Origin: Octopus sinensis
Taxonomy: Eukaryota
DNA: 64,000 nucleotides
Reading direction: 5' to 3'
Assembly: GCF_006345805.1 (NCBI RefSeq)
Contig: NC_043002.1
Span: 26,908,001 to 26,972,000 of the forward strand
The position numbers and the translations under genes are program-made. Shown here piece after piece: positions 12,220-25,793 of this stretch. The notes beneath the pieces are model-generated. The model did not search any database and was not told the origin of the DNA. It saw nothing but the letters and a program-made list of their open reading frames with translations. Each line of letters starts with the position of its first letter. The stretch's first letter is position 1.

Positions 12220-12948
12220 ATATATATATATATATTTATATTATATATATATATATGTGTGTGTGTATATATATATATAATATATATATATATATATGTA
12301 TGTATGTATATATACAAAGCTGGAGCATCCCAATGTTACACATATATGTAACTGAACATTTTGTAGAGATGAGCCACATTTGGAAAATAAAATATACAAA
12401 TTCTCCGCTCTACCTTCAAACATTCAATTTTGGAGAGAATTCTTGAGGAAGTGGGTGTAAGTGTGTGTGTGCGCGCGCGCGCGTGTGTGTGTATGTTTGG
12501 GAGCATGTCCATGTTTATTCTGTATAACTTCAATTTCATGTTTTTGCCTTAGAAAATATTAGTATAACACAAACTAGAAAATGCGCAAACCTCAGAACAT
12601 CTCAATGTCACACATGTACACCTGAATATTTACAGAGATGAGCATTATGTTACCGATAGTTGAGTTATATTTAGAATACAAAATGTACTGTCTCTGCTTT
12701 TCTTTTAAACATTCAATGTTGGAGAGAATTTGTTGATGGAATGTAGTTCCATTTCGGATCATGTACATAGACCCGATGTTATCAGGGTGCTCAACTTCAA
12801 ATGTTGTATGTTCATCGATATTGTTTATTATTTATATCCTCTTTGCGAGATGATGTTAATATGTTTTGTCGTCCAGATATCTGGCGGAAAAGACACTGGA
12901 GTGATAGCTGTGGAGTACGCTGCCATCTAAAGAGTCTATGTACATGAT

Positions 12949-13760
12949 GGGAAATGGAAAAAGTTTGAATTTTCCGTCGCTGCATATTTCCAGATGGTTG
13001 CTTAACGGAATCTTGCGTAATTCCTCTTGTCGAATATGTTGCCTGTGGATTCTTGTACGGTAGCAGAGGGAATTATTTGTTTTGCCAATGTAATTTTCTT
13101 TGCAGTTTGGGTAGATAATGCAGTATATGAGGTTTTGCGTTTTGCAGTTCACATCTGCATTTATTTTCAAAAGAGATCCGCTTTTGAATTTTCTGTGGAA
13201 ACCAATTTCTAAGTATTTGATGTTGTTGTTGCTGTTGCATGTTCCACATCTCCTATCTCCGCATTCTTTTACTAAGAATTCTGATTCATTCATTGATTTG
13301 AATTCTGCTCTTGTGCGGTGTTTTAAAAATATTAATTGGTTGGCATATACTATTCCGTAAGGTCTGTTTTTCAATCAGATTTTTCATTTTGGGGATTTGT
13401 AGGAGTATAAGTAAGTTCGATTTTATGAAATACTCCTAAGGAGTATGTCTGCATGCTGTATGGGTGTTTCTTTTGATATGTGATAGAAATTTATACATTG
13501 AAGTGTGTCGGTCCTTTCGTAAGATATGCCTGTTGTGACTGTGGAGTTCTGTAGGCTTATCTGAATATCCATTACAACTGGATTTAAGAATGTTATAATT
13601 CATTGCAACTAGATTCCTTCGTGAATTTGATGGATGGGTGGAGTGCGTTCAGTATATTGTTAAATATACTTAGATCTTCATTCGATCTGTCCCAGAACAT
13701 GAAGCAATCATCCTCTTCTGATCAAAAGTTATTTCTACCTCCTCATAAAGTTTTTTTTCC
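12949..13760 (-). pseudogene. Penelope-like element RT C-terminus + GIY-YIG endonuclease fragment
   Basis: CGDRRCGTC linker, NLIYCIIYPNCKENYIGKT (GIY-YIG) and HRQHIRQEELRKIPLSNHLEIC. Upstream, DDCFMFW (RT catalytic region) is at ~13690-13715. Confidence 0.9.
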
Positions 13761-14059
13761 AAGTATCACATAACTAAGTTTGCATATGATTCTCTAATAT
13801 AACTCAAATAGGAGAAAAAGAAACAAAGGGGGAAAAAGAAGGAAAGAGGAGAAAAGTAAGAGAGATAAAAAGAAAACAGAGAAAAAAAGAGAAAGAGAGA
13901 AAGAAAGCAAAATACTTTCAGTGATGAACTCATCACACCTGTTTTACTCTTTATTTTTTTTGAAGAGGTCACCATCTTAAACCCATTTCAGTGCAAGTGT
14001 AAATGACTAAATAAATGAATGGGAAATAGGAAGGGAATCCCCTTCGCTCTCTCCCTCTC

Positions 14060-14275
<216 letters not shown>

Positions 14276-14649
14276 TCTCCATTGTCACCCCAAACAACAG
14301 AAACAATGTTATTTTCTTCTAAACAAAACCTTTAAAAAAGCATCTGTGTTATATAAACGAACAAGCTGTTTGTACATTCACAAAATTTTATTAGACACAT
14401 TCGAGAAATAAACGGATGTGCTAATAATAATGTAGAAATGATAAGAATTTTTTCCAAAATGCTGACGACTTTTTCTCAATATACATTTATATATATATAT
14501 ATAGGCAAACATACATACATATATGTACATACTGATTGGTACAGGAGTCACAAACCGTAATCAATATGAAATCCGTAATGCGAAAAGGAACATGAAATAG
14601 GAATACAAACTTTATTTATATATATGCCTATACATACATATATATATAT

Positions 14650-14834
14650 GTGTGACCTGCAATTTTGTTCCTCTGTCCTCCCGTCTCGGGATCTTTCTTT
14701 CTCCTATGTTTCCGACGAAGAGCTCCGCTCGAAACGTCAAACCCTCCTTCTTCCCTTCTTTCCTGAGCATCCAATAATACTTTATTTGTTCCACATCCTT
14801 GCGTTGTTGTCTTTTTGTTTTCTTGTTTGGATTA

Positions 14835-14838
<4 letters not shown>
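14650..14838 (+). mobile_element. Short HHR-bearing PLE-terminal repeat (family also at 40852, 42025, 45945)
   Basis: GTTT-CCGACGA-A GAGC TCC GCTC-GAAACGTC-AAAC at 14708-14742. The element ends TTGGATTAACT running into (TA)n. Confidence 0.75.
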
Positions 14839-14881
<43 letters not shown>

Positions 14882-16249
14882 AATGAAAGACGATCGATTT
14901 TATTTTAACAGTGGCGGAAATATATGTTTGCAATCATGTATTATGCATGTATGTATGTCTGAATATAGTATCTATCTATGCATGTATGTATGAATGTATG
15001 TATGTATGTACTTATGTATGCATGCATTTATGAATGAATGAATGAATGAATGAATAATGTATGAAAGTGAGTATGCTCGTTTAAATGTGTTGCAAGAAAT
15101 AATTTGCCAGTGATATCGTTGCAAAACGACATAGTCCACAGTCAATCATCAAATCCAATGTGAATCTTTTCTGTGTAAAAGTAGAGATTGTACTCTTCCT
15201 AAATTTATTGATTGATTCTTCACATTTATATCTGATTTTTCTCTGTGACTGTGTGTTCAAAGTGAGGATCAAGCCTAGATAAGGAACCGATGTTATCAGG
15301 GTGCTCAACTTCAAATGTTGTATGTTCATCGATATTGATTATAATTTATATCCTCTTTGCGAGATGATGGTAATATGCTTCGTCGTCCAGGTATCTGGCG
15401 GAAAAGACACTGGAGTGATAGCTGCTGAGTACACTGCCTTCTAAAGAGTCTATGTACATGATGCTTAGTACGCCTGGCAAAACTGACCCAGTCGGCAGTT
15501 CAGAGGTTTGTTTCTAAATGGACCCTTCGGTCTGGAAGATGTTGTCCATTATAGCGGTTAAGAGTTCGTGGATATCTGATGGTATGAGCCCAAAACGATG
15601 TAGATAATGAGAGGAGGTAACCGCATTAGTAAAGTTAGTTGAAAACTGGTGTTGTAAAGACGGGGGGGGGGGGGGCTAACGAAACAACGCCGGACCTGAA
15701 AGGTCAATCATTGTTTCTAAGTATGGATGAGTTGAGATCTATTAGGTTGTTGATGATTTCGGTGGAAGTTTCAACTCGTCCTGGGCTCACAGGTTCAGAT
15801 AGCAATATATTATTAACTACTATAATGGACAACTTGTTCGTCCAGTTTTAAGGATCCATATACAAACAAATCTCTGGGTTGTCGTTGGAGTCAAAATTGT
15901 CAGGCTTACTAGCCATTAGGTTGACGAAACGCTTAGCTCGAACGGCACTTAACAGGTGACACTCCCATGCCTTTTTCGGCAGTTTTTATCGACAAACTAA
16001 TGTTTGTCTGCACTAACGGATAGCACTTTGTATCAAGTGATTTCAGCGTAATTTGTGCTTCCCCACCACCGAATGACTGATCGAAATTCCATTAAGCTAC
16101 TAAACATTGTGCCACAACCTTTAATTTACTTTTTGAGAACATTAGAAAACATGTATAGTGAGGTTTAATATGTAAATTATAAAGTGATTATAATTGTAAT
16201 AATATTTCTGCACCGTCCTATTAGAAATATATCATTTGCCATATAATCT

Positions 16250-17370
16250 GATTATAAATATTCTGACATAATTCTATCATCAACCACCTTAACAGATAAT
16301 AGTTTTATGATTGTATGTGAAATAAATATAGAAGCAACTGTGATCGTTAATGAGTTAAACTTTGACGATCGATTTGAGTTCTTGGCATCAAAATTCCTAT
16401 GCATCACATTCGTCGATCACAAATCTAATTTGGTCGGCAACCTTTTAACTAGTCAGATTAATCCATTTAAGAAAGGAAGAGAAGGTATTAGCAAATGTAC
16501 TCCAATTAAGATAATACAAAAATGTTGGTTATCCTCACCTTTGCCACTTTGGAGAAATACTAATTATTTCTATAATAATTGGTTAATTTGGCTCCTAATA
16601 AAATCTGCTGCTCTATTCTTATTGACATTGCTGATTATTATTCCTCGATTTCTGAACCTCAGTTAACAGATACTATTAATTTTGCAAATAATTTCTCATA
16701 AATTAGGACAATAGAATTTAATATTATTTTGCATGCGAAAATATCGATTCGGTATTATGATAATAGCATTTGCATTATAATACTTCCCAATATTCTAGTT
16801 GAGGGAAGGATTAGGTAGAATTTACTGATATTGTAGGATTGTATATATCCTCAGCTGTTTGTATATTATGTTATCTTATATAATCCGTTCGTTTTACAGA
16901 GATGATGGCATATTAAATCTTTGGAATTATGACCGCCATAAACCTCTCTATTATGTTTTCAATTAATTAACTGAGAATACACTCAACCTCAGTACTCTTC
17001 AGCTATTGCATTTTTAAGAAGTATTAAATAGTATTAATAGATATTTCCAGCAGCCTTAAAAACACCGAATAGTCTTATTAAGATTATAGTATTATTCAGA
17101 CCCTTATTAAAAATGTATCATTAGGTATTTAAAATTATCTTTCGAACGAGGCCATTTCTAATCACATCGCTAATCATAAGAAAAACGCATTAAAATATAT
17201 TGCTTCGGATGATGAAATGAGATTTATTGGATAAGATAATATAACAATAAACTTCAGTAGAAAGACAATTTATTTCAGAAATATTACTTGTTATACGTCC
17301 ACTTTAATCAACAACCGTTTATCACATTAATAAAAATTTACTTTAATTTATTGATCATAATAAAGAAAAT
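16250..17370 (+). pseudogene. Heavily decayed PLE reverse transcriptase, YRDD-type lineage
   Basis: Motif remnants in PLE order: CITFVDHKSNL (cf. FITLKDHKxNF), QINPFK...GISK, TDIVGLYI (~16825) and FYRDDGILN (16892-16918). Confidence 0.7.
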
Positions 17371-18036
17371 GAATACAAGGCTAATTATTGAAACTGTGTT
17401 AACCCCCCCACCGCATATTTAGGGTAAACTCTTGTTTGCTGGGAGTGCTATTGCACTCCGTTACAGAGGTGAGTTGTCTTGCGTATCCATGATATTCACA
17501 TGTTTTAAAGCCTAGTGCTTTCAGAGTGTAATCTGCACCACGCCAAATCGCAGCCTCCCGGCAAATACGCATACATCTTACATTAAATATATATGGTTAA
17601 TAATGTTTATTAATCTAGCGCTGCTTCTGTTTGTTATTTGAATGTATTGTTACGTATGCATTGTCCGGGTATACCAACACATAGTTTGCACGTTTTATGC
17701 CAATAAGTCGCACTGTGGCAATATAGTTCATCTTCGGTCCTGTTCGGGTTTGTGGTGTTGATAAGCCACGAAAATGGTGACACATCAATATCTATCACTC
17801 GTGGATGGGATTAGGGTTGAGTTGCCTCGCCTGCCTATGACATTCAGATATCTTAAAACTCGGCGTTGTGAGAGAATGTTCTTTACTTCGACAATTCGCA
17901 GCCTCCCGAAAAATACTCAGGTTTTTTACGTTAAGTATATGTGGTCTCTGACTAATGTGTTTCACACTAGCGCTGTTTCTACTTCATATTTGAATGTATA
18001 CATACAAGCATATGTATATATCAATAAATAAAAATA

Positions 18037-18392
18037 TAGGGTGATTCAAAAGTCGCCATACATAGGAACAATTTATCTTTTTATAAGAATCAGTTTATAA
18101 GAATAGTTTTTATTTATTTATCAGGCTCTATATGGTTACCATTGTTTTGAATACACATCGCAGTATGTTTACCCCACTCATTTTGAACTCGTAATAACAT
18201 TTCTGATGATACGTGCGCAATTGAGTTGGTGATGCGTTCCATCAAATGTTTTGTCTTTTATCTTTCCGCGATACACCATGCCTTTCAAATGCCCCCAAAT
18301 ATAGAAATCAAGGAATCTAGAGGAGCTTATAAACTGTCTCTTATAAAAATATAAATGTTTTTCCTATTTATGGAGACTGTTGAATCACCCTG
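18037..18392 (-). mobile_element. Internally deleted Tc1/mariner element (MITE-like)
   Basis: TIRs AGGGTGATTCAAAAGTC / GACTGTTGAATCACCCTG with TA flanks. The minus remnant reads LDFYIWGHLKGMVY. Confidence 0.85.
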
Positions 18393-18854
18393 TATATACG
18401 TATATTAAATTACCGATCCGGATGAAAACGGATATTTAAAAAGATATGCACCAGATAGAGTTGGATAGACCTGTGATTCCGGCCTGTGTTTGGTAAGTTT
18501 CAAATAGAGTATTCCAGTTGTGTACACAGAGAAAATTAACCCTAGGCATATTTAGGACCTAGGGAGTGTTCCAAATGCGTTACTTTGAATAGTACGTCTT
18601 TGGTATACTGTAGGGTGTTCGACAAGTCGTAAATCCCAGTGGTGTTTTATAATCAAATGAATAATCACATGAGATGGATAACTGTCAGCTCATTAAAGTT
18701 GTTTCTTACGCATCTTTTCAATAGAAGAATAAGAACATTACACCAGTACAATAACCCGTAGTCATCAGATGACGTGAGACACACAGAAAAGTCACTGAAA
18801 TAGGGATATATGTGTTTGCATTGGGACCCCTTCGCATCGAAGACCGGTGATTAT

Positions 18855-18899
18855 CGTGCGCTGACGACGGGCAAATACCCAGAAACCCGGGTCCGTGCG
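18855..18899 (+). ncRNA. Type I hammerhead ribozyme
   Basis: CGTGCG-CTGACGA-C GGG caaata CCC A-GAAA CCCGGG TC-CGTGCG. Stem III is the palindrome ACCCGGGT, and stem I can extend through GTGAT/ATCAC. Confidence 0.8.
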
Positions 18900-19539
18900 T
18901 ATCACGTCAGGTCGACGATGGGAAGGATGGCTTCCCTTTTCAAATACTGGTAGGGCACAAAAAGTGTGTCAATAGCCAGCTGGAGAAGGTGTTCTCCTGG
19001 CGCTACAAGCTACAGTAGCGTCCACCATTAGGGGTTAGCCAGATTTAAGTGGCAAATATACTTCATGGTCGTGCAGCTTCTGTCTGTACCTCGTTCAGAG
19101 ATTTATTATATTTCTCTTAGTTTCAATGATAGAACAAATTTATAGTTTTGGCCCCATGCAACTAAAATTTGCATCAAAAATGTTTTGAGGTAAAGAATCA
19201 TGAAAGAAAATATAAGACGAAAATTAGATTTAAGTATGATTAACTTTTTTATTTTAAAAGCAAATTATATTTTGATTAAGCTTAAATGATAGAGCTCAAT
19301 TCGCGAAATTCCATGGAATCAATCTCATGCAATGAAGTTTTAAAATAAAAAGTTATGAGTGTTTGTTTCTCAAATTTGAGAGTGATAATATAGTTCTATA
19401 CTGTTTTGGGGAAGGGACTTTTAATATGAGTCGCCGGCATCATTGAGGTAAGGCAAAACATTATCAACGACAGCGCTAATTGAGACATTTGACACATTAT
19501 TAATTAACATAACAGCATAGCCCGGAAAGACATGGAATA

Positions 19540-20406
19540 CAGGGAAAAATGCGAGCAAGAGAAATAATATTCTTAAGATTATGAACCCGGAAAATTACAG
19601 GACAAGTTATTACACTTGGAAAACTTCATGACATCTTATTACATCTGGTAAAGTACAAAAGAAGAAAATTTTTACTTACTATATTGCAGCTAAAGATAAA
19701 ATTTAAATATTAAAAGTTATTTGATTTTAATTTACAAAGTAGCATTATAATTAAAAAAGAGACCATCATTTTGTTAAAATATTGACACATTAATATATGT
19801 AAAAAATTAGACCAAGAAGTACCAATGTAGCCAAAGTTTTATGCAAAGTAGAATAGCTTTTATGGTAAACAAAATAAGCATTGGTTCAAGATTAAAAAAT
19901 GGGAAAACTTTTCAATAAATTAAGCAATAACTCCAGGAAATTTTACTGTGAATTTGTTGTTAGAGGTAGATTTGTATTGTAATATATAACTAATTTTTTG
20001 CATTATTCTATATATTGTACTAGCTAGTCATGTACTAATACTATTTTATATAACATATTCTCGAATTTCTGATTATTAATTTAAAATTTAAAAAAATGAA
20101 ATTTTTTAAAGTGCAAAATATTGAGTTATCTTTTTCTTTTTAATAGAAATAACAAGTAATAACAAATAGCAGTAATAACATCTAAGAACATTCTTAGTTT
20201 TAATAAAAGCTAATATTTCCTAAATCTAAGTATTTTATTTGAAATTTTATGCTTAACTGCAATATTTTAAGTAAAAAATATCTTGTTCTGTACTTTACAA
20301 GATTTTATATGTTTTCCTTAACTTTTCCAAGTGTAATAATATTGTTCTGCAAATTTCAGGTTTATAATCTTAAGAATATTATTTGTGTTGCTCGCATTTT
20401 TCCATG
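19540..20406. mobile_element. Old MITE / non-autonomous DNA transposon with ~190-bp diverged TIRs
   Basis: CAGGGAAAAATGCGAGCAAGAGAAATAATATTCTTAAGATTAT... pairs with ...ATAATCTTAAGAATATTATTTGTGTTGCTCGCATTTTTCCATG. Confidence 0.75.
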
Positions 20407-20414
20407 AAATATAT

Positions 20415-20448
<34 letters not shown>

Positions 20449-21063
20449 ATATATATATATATATTAAATTAGAGATAAAACCACTATTAGGCAAATCAAA
20501 CAGGGAAAATCATAAGCCAATACATAGAAATGAAATTAATTTAAAAAATATAAAAGTTAAAATTAAAAAATTATTTAAATAATTTAAACTTATAAATTTT
20601 AAATATATATATATAAATATATATATGTATGTATATTTTTATATTATTTTATTTATTTATGCATTTATTTATTTTTTTATTTATATATTTATTTATTTAT
20701 TTTTTTTTTTAATTATATAAATATCAAAAAGTATTAAAAGTTTAATAAAAGATAAAGTGTAAAACACTACGACCGTAACCAATTCGAATAACAATAATTT
20801 AAATTCAGAATCTTAATGTAGTGCGCAAAAAAAAATCGAAATAAATAATACCCCAATGTATATCGTCTGATTTCCTGACGATTCTGCTAGTTGCCGTCTT
20901 TCTGATAGACATAATAATAATTGATGATGATAGGGTAAAAGTGTAGATAGTGGGAAAACTGTATTTGTGCAAACGAAAGTAAATATGATGGTGCTAAAAA
21001 TATTTTGTCGTAAGAATTTATGAGATTATTCATGTAATATAATTATAGAACGAATTTTTCAAC

Positions 21064-21101
<38 letters not shown>

Positions 21102-21106
21102 ATATA

Positions 21107-21161
<55 letters not shown>

Positions 21162-21171
21162 TATATATATA

Positions 21172-21609
<438 letters not shown>

Positions 21610-22193
21610 TATATACTACACACACACACACAAAATACGGGGGTTTAGTTCATAGGTGATCCAAACTATTAGTAGTAGGCACCTAGTACATTCTTTAAAT
21701 TCCTTTCATTTTGTGCTCTATTTTGTTGTTTTACGCTATCTTCCCTTACCTCCTCATCCTCTCTCTTATCTTCTCGTCTACTCCTGCACACAATATTCTT
21801 AGACTCCATATGCCTATAACCTTACTTTTTCATAAAGCCAATCCTTAAATTCCCCATCTCAATCTATCTACCTTTCATTCTATTTATTTACTATTATTTC
21901 CTTTTACCACTTAATAGCCACTTCCGCTACCATTCTCTTATTGAACGTTGATATGTTCGCGTCATTTTCCATCTGAATGGTTACGATATCAGGATTTTAA
22001 CCCACATGGATCTACGCAGGATTGCACCTAAGGACTTATCTCCTTGTTTCTACAACATCAGAAAGTTGAACTATGAACTTTTATGCTTCTTGTTTTCTTC
22101 TCTCTCTTCACCTCATTATTACTTTACTCCCTTCGTCTGTGTCGTTATCTCATTAATATATACCATTCTCATTTTCCCTATTTTTCACTATTT

Positions 22194-22238
22194 GTCTCTG
22201 ATGACGGAATATTCCATACTCTGGGATATCCCCTGAAA
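22194..22238 (+). ncRNA. Truncated hammerhead motif (family of 2151 and 31433)
   Basis: GTCT-CTGATGA-C GGAATATTCC...GGGATATCCC CT-GAAA, with stem III and the cleavage site missing. Confidence 0.45.
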
Positions 22239-22396
22239 TTTTTCCATTAATAATAATCTGTACGACTTGAGATGTTTACCTTGCCTTTATGTTTGTTGTC
22301 CTCTTTAACAATGATATATACATATACATACATACATACACAGAAACACACACACACACATATATATATATATACATATATATATGTATAAACACG

Positions 22397-22444
<48 letters not shown>

Positions 22445-22649
22445 CATGCATACAGAGTCACACACACATATAAATACTTGATACAGACAATATTCAATAT
22501 TTACAGATTTTCTTGAAAGTTAATTTAAAAAGAAAATAGAATAGAATGGCGTGAATCTTTTGGAAGATTGTTTTCGTGTTGTGTGAGCTCTTTCGTATAA
22601 AGTTTTCAAACACATCTAATAAGGAGTAACCTGTATATTGTATCTATCG

Positions 22650-22860
22650 TTTTCTAGCCACTAGACTGCGATCATATCGGAGCACCGACTTTCAGTCGAA
22701 TTAATCGACTCCAGTACTTACATTTTCAAAGCGTAATACCTATACTATCGATTTCTTTATGCTGGACCGCCAGCACTCTGGACGTAAGCAAATCAACACC
22801 AGTTGTGAAGAGTTGGTGGCGGACAAACACAGGCACAAATTCACAAGCATAAACACACCC
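22650..22860 (-). mobile_element. SINE fragment (family of 48945 and 58480)
   Basis: GACTGCGATCATATCGGAGCACCG...TCGACTCCAGTACTTA...GACGTAAGCAAATCAACACCAGTTGT matches the other copies. Confidence 0.7.
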
Positions 22861-22864
22861 ACAC

Positions 22865-22909
<45 letters not shown>

Positions 22910-22924
22910 CTTGTATGTGTGCCA

Positions 22925-22958
<34 letters not shown>

Positions 22959-23173
22959 TTTCGATCAAATGTCCTGCGAGTTATCATGGGATACGTTGAT
23001 AACAATGTAAACTTCATTTGACTAAATTATCTTTGGCCCGATGAGTAGCTAGCAGATTACCTCTCGTTTGAGTAATTACTACTTCCAAGGTTCTGCTAGT
23101 TATGGAACATATATAGCCTGGATTTTATTTAATCCATTCCAAAATTTTTAATATATAAATTTAAATATATATA

Positions 23174-23209
<36 letters not shown>

Positions 23210-23949
23210 TGTATGTATGTATGTATGTATGTATGTATGTATGTATGTATATATATTTATATGTATATGTTTGTGTACACATACATATATACGTACATAT
23301 ATATATATGACAAGAAATACTTTTCTTTTCTTTTTATGGAAACAAAAATTATATATATACAGGACTGCAAAAAGAGAGAGACGAAAATCATTGATTAGCG
23401 AACAAACATCAAATTTCGGCCAACGACTTTATATAACCCCAACGCTTCTATAAATTTCATCATATACAAATAACACCATGGCCTTCAACATATAAAATAA
23501 ATTCATATATAAACACCGAAGTTAAAAAATATTTATGCCCAAATAACAAATGCAAAAATATATAGAAGGGCCTGTCCGAAAAAATGTATGTAAAAATCGA
23601 CTAATGTAGGTAATGAAAATGAATTACTAAAACATATCAATCGACTAAAAAATTTACCCATCAGTTATAAATATATCAAAATAATCAGTTCTGAAAAGTG
23701 AAGCAATCCAGTGTAAGTCCGGTATCCAAGGATCCCCCCCCCCAAAAAAAAGAAAAAGGGAAAATCAAAATTCACATCTATGGTCATTTATGGAGTTCAT
23801 ATCCCCGATCCAATTTAAAGTTAAAGCGCATCTCGGCAATACCCCGAAATGGCCATAGATGTGGATTTTTTGTTTGCCTATATGCTGAAAATAGACTCTA
23901 AATCATCGAACCATTTTAAATATCTTCGCTATTATTATTACACAGTCTT

Positions 23950-24352
23950 ATATGGATCGGCCCGATTTCTGTATTAACCTAAACGGTTTTTTTCGTTAAT
24001 CTGTAGAGGATACCACGGAATTAATGAAATACTTATACATGTCCACAGAAAACAGACACAATGTCATGAATACATATAAATACCCCAAATATATTCATAT
24101 AAAAATACTGTAGCAAGTTCGACAATCGTGTAGCCGGCCAGGAATAGCACGAAGAAGCAAGCTAACAGAAATTCAAAAATTTAGTCATCCCTGGATCGGC
24201 CCAATTTCTTGATTAACCTAAACGGTTTTTCCTTCATCAGCAGAAATGAGCAGGAAACAAATGAAATACTTTTACATACCAACAGAAAAGCAGACGCAAT
24301 ATCATGAATGCATATAAGCACCCCAAATATATCCATATAGAAATTCCGTAGC
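23950..24352 (-). repeat. Diverged tandem repeat (~240-bp period), each copy with a hammerhead-like motif
   Basis: GGATCGGCCC(G/A)ATTTCT..ATTAACCTAAACGGTTTTT occurs at 23953 and 24193. On the minus strand 24191-24243 reads CTG-CTGATGA-...-GAAA TTGGGCCGA TC-CAG. Confidence 0.65.
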
Positions 24353-24371
24353 AATTATACTTTCACCTTAT

Positions 24372-24412
<41 letters not shown>

Positions 24413-24737
24413 GCACTTCTGTGTGGCACTCCCGTGATACACACTTCTTTAAATATAATAAATACTAATCTACTACCATCGCGGCCGTCGGGACAACTGG
24501 TTCACAAAATTTTGGGCTTCCTTGACCTTTTGAATAGTAGACACCCGGAGGCTGTAAAAAGCAGAAGTTCCTCCGCTAGCGATATAAACAGGAGTGCTTA
24601 TATGCATCACAAGTCTATTTACGATGTTCTCTCGTGGTAACCACCGTATTATTTTGTGTTCTAACTCTACATCCACTATTAAGATGACATAGGTTTTACG
24701 TTTTGGTATTAATACTGCTTCTGCCATTATATATATA

Positions 24738-25606
24738 CAGGGTGGGTGAAAAGTAAGTAGGCATTAAAATCAATAATAAATTCATATTCCTTTTACAAAT
24801 TTATTGAAACAAATTATACAAGTTCTTTTTTACACAGAAAATGAAAGTAAATCTTCATATTTCATCGTAGGCATCAGTGGCGTCAACCAGTTTCCTCAAA
24901 CGGCCAGGAAATGAGCAGCCTTCTGAAGGAAGTCATCTGGGATATCATTGAGAACCTCCTACATCCGTGTCTCCAAGTCTTCCAGTGTGCGAGATTTTGT
25001 CTTGTACACTTCATTGTACACAGGTAAAATTCACATGGAGTGAGATCTGAATTTCTTGGAGGCCATTCCATATTACATTTTGCTTTGACAGTCTTCAGGT
25101 TGTAGCTCCTGCATGTAATGGGGTTTCGACAGACGAAAATTGAATTCTTTATACAAAACCATGCGTATTGTGTGTCTTGATAGTCCACCTTCACGAACTG
25201 CTTGATTTTTGCGGGCTGCCATTAAACATTTCATGCACTGTTGCCACATTCTCCGCTGATCAGGATGTGGTTGGATGGTCACTTCTTGCATCTTTCACAG
25301 AGCCGATGGTCATCAGCTTTGCATGACTATATTTTATTTTCTCCGGACGTAGTGTTGCATGCTTACCTTTCTATGCACGCCACCATCTCTGAACCAAAAC
25401 AATGGAATTCAACACTGCATAGCGTGCTGCTATCTAAGCTCACTTGTGAACAATTAAGCGACCGGCCATCTGGAAAATAAGAAATAAAATAATAAAAAAA
25501 AAAAATAATACCCATGTCAGTTTTAAAAATGGTTTCGTCATGACTTCAGTAATACTAAAAATTCTATAAGTAATGTTTGATGCCTAGTTACATTCCACCC
25601 ACCCTT
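24738..25606 (-). mobile_element. Internally deleted Tc1/mariner-superfamily element with both TIRs
   Basis: TIRs CAGGGTGGGTGAAAAGTAAGTAGGCAT / ATGCCTAGTTACATTCCACCCACCCT with TA flanks. Motifs WPPRNSDLTPCEF and KPHYMQELQPED. Confidence 0.9.
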
Positions 25607-25689
25607 TATATACACACACACATACATATACAAATTTACACTTACTCAAAACACACGTACATATATCCATATCGCTAGCTAGTTAAATG

Positions 25690-25734
<45 letters not shown>

Positions 25735-25758
25735 GTAGATAGATCAATCGATAGACAG

Positions 25759-25793
<35 letters not shown>

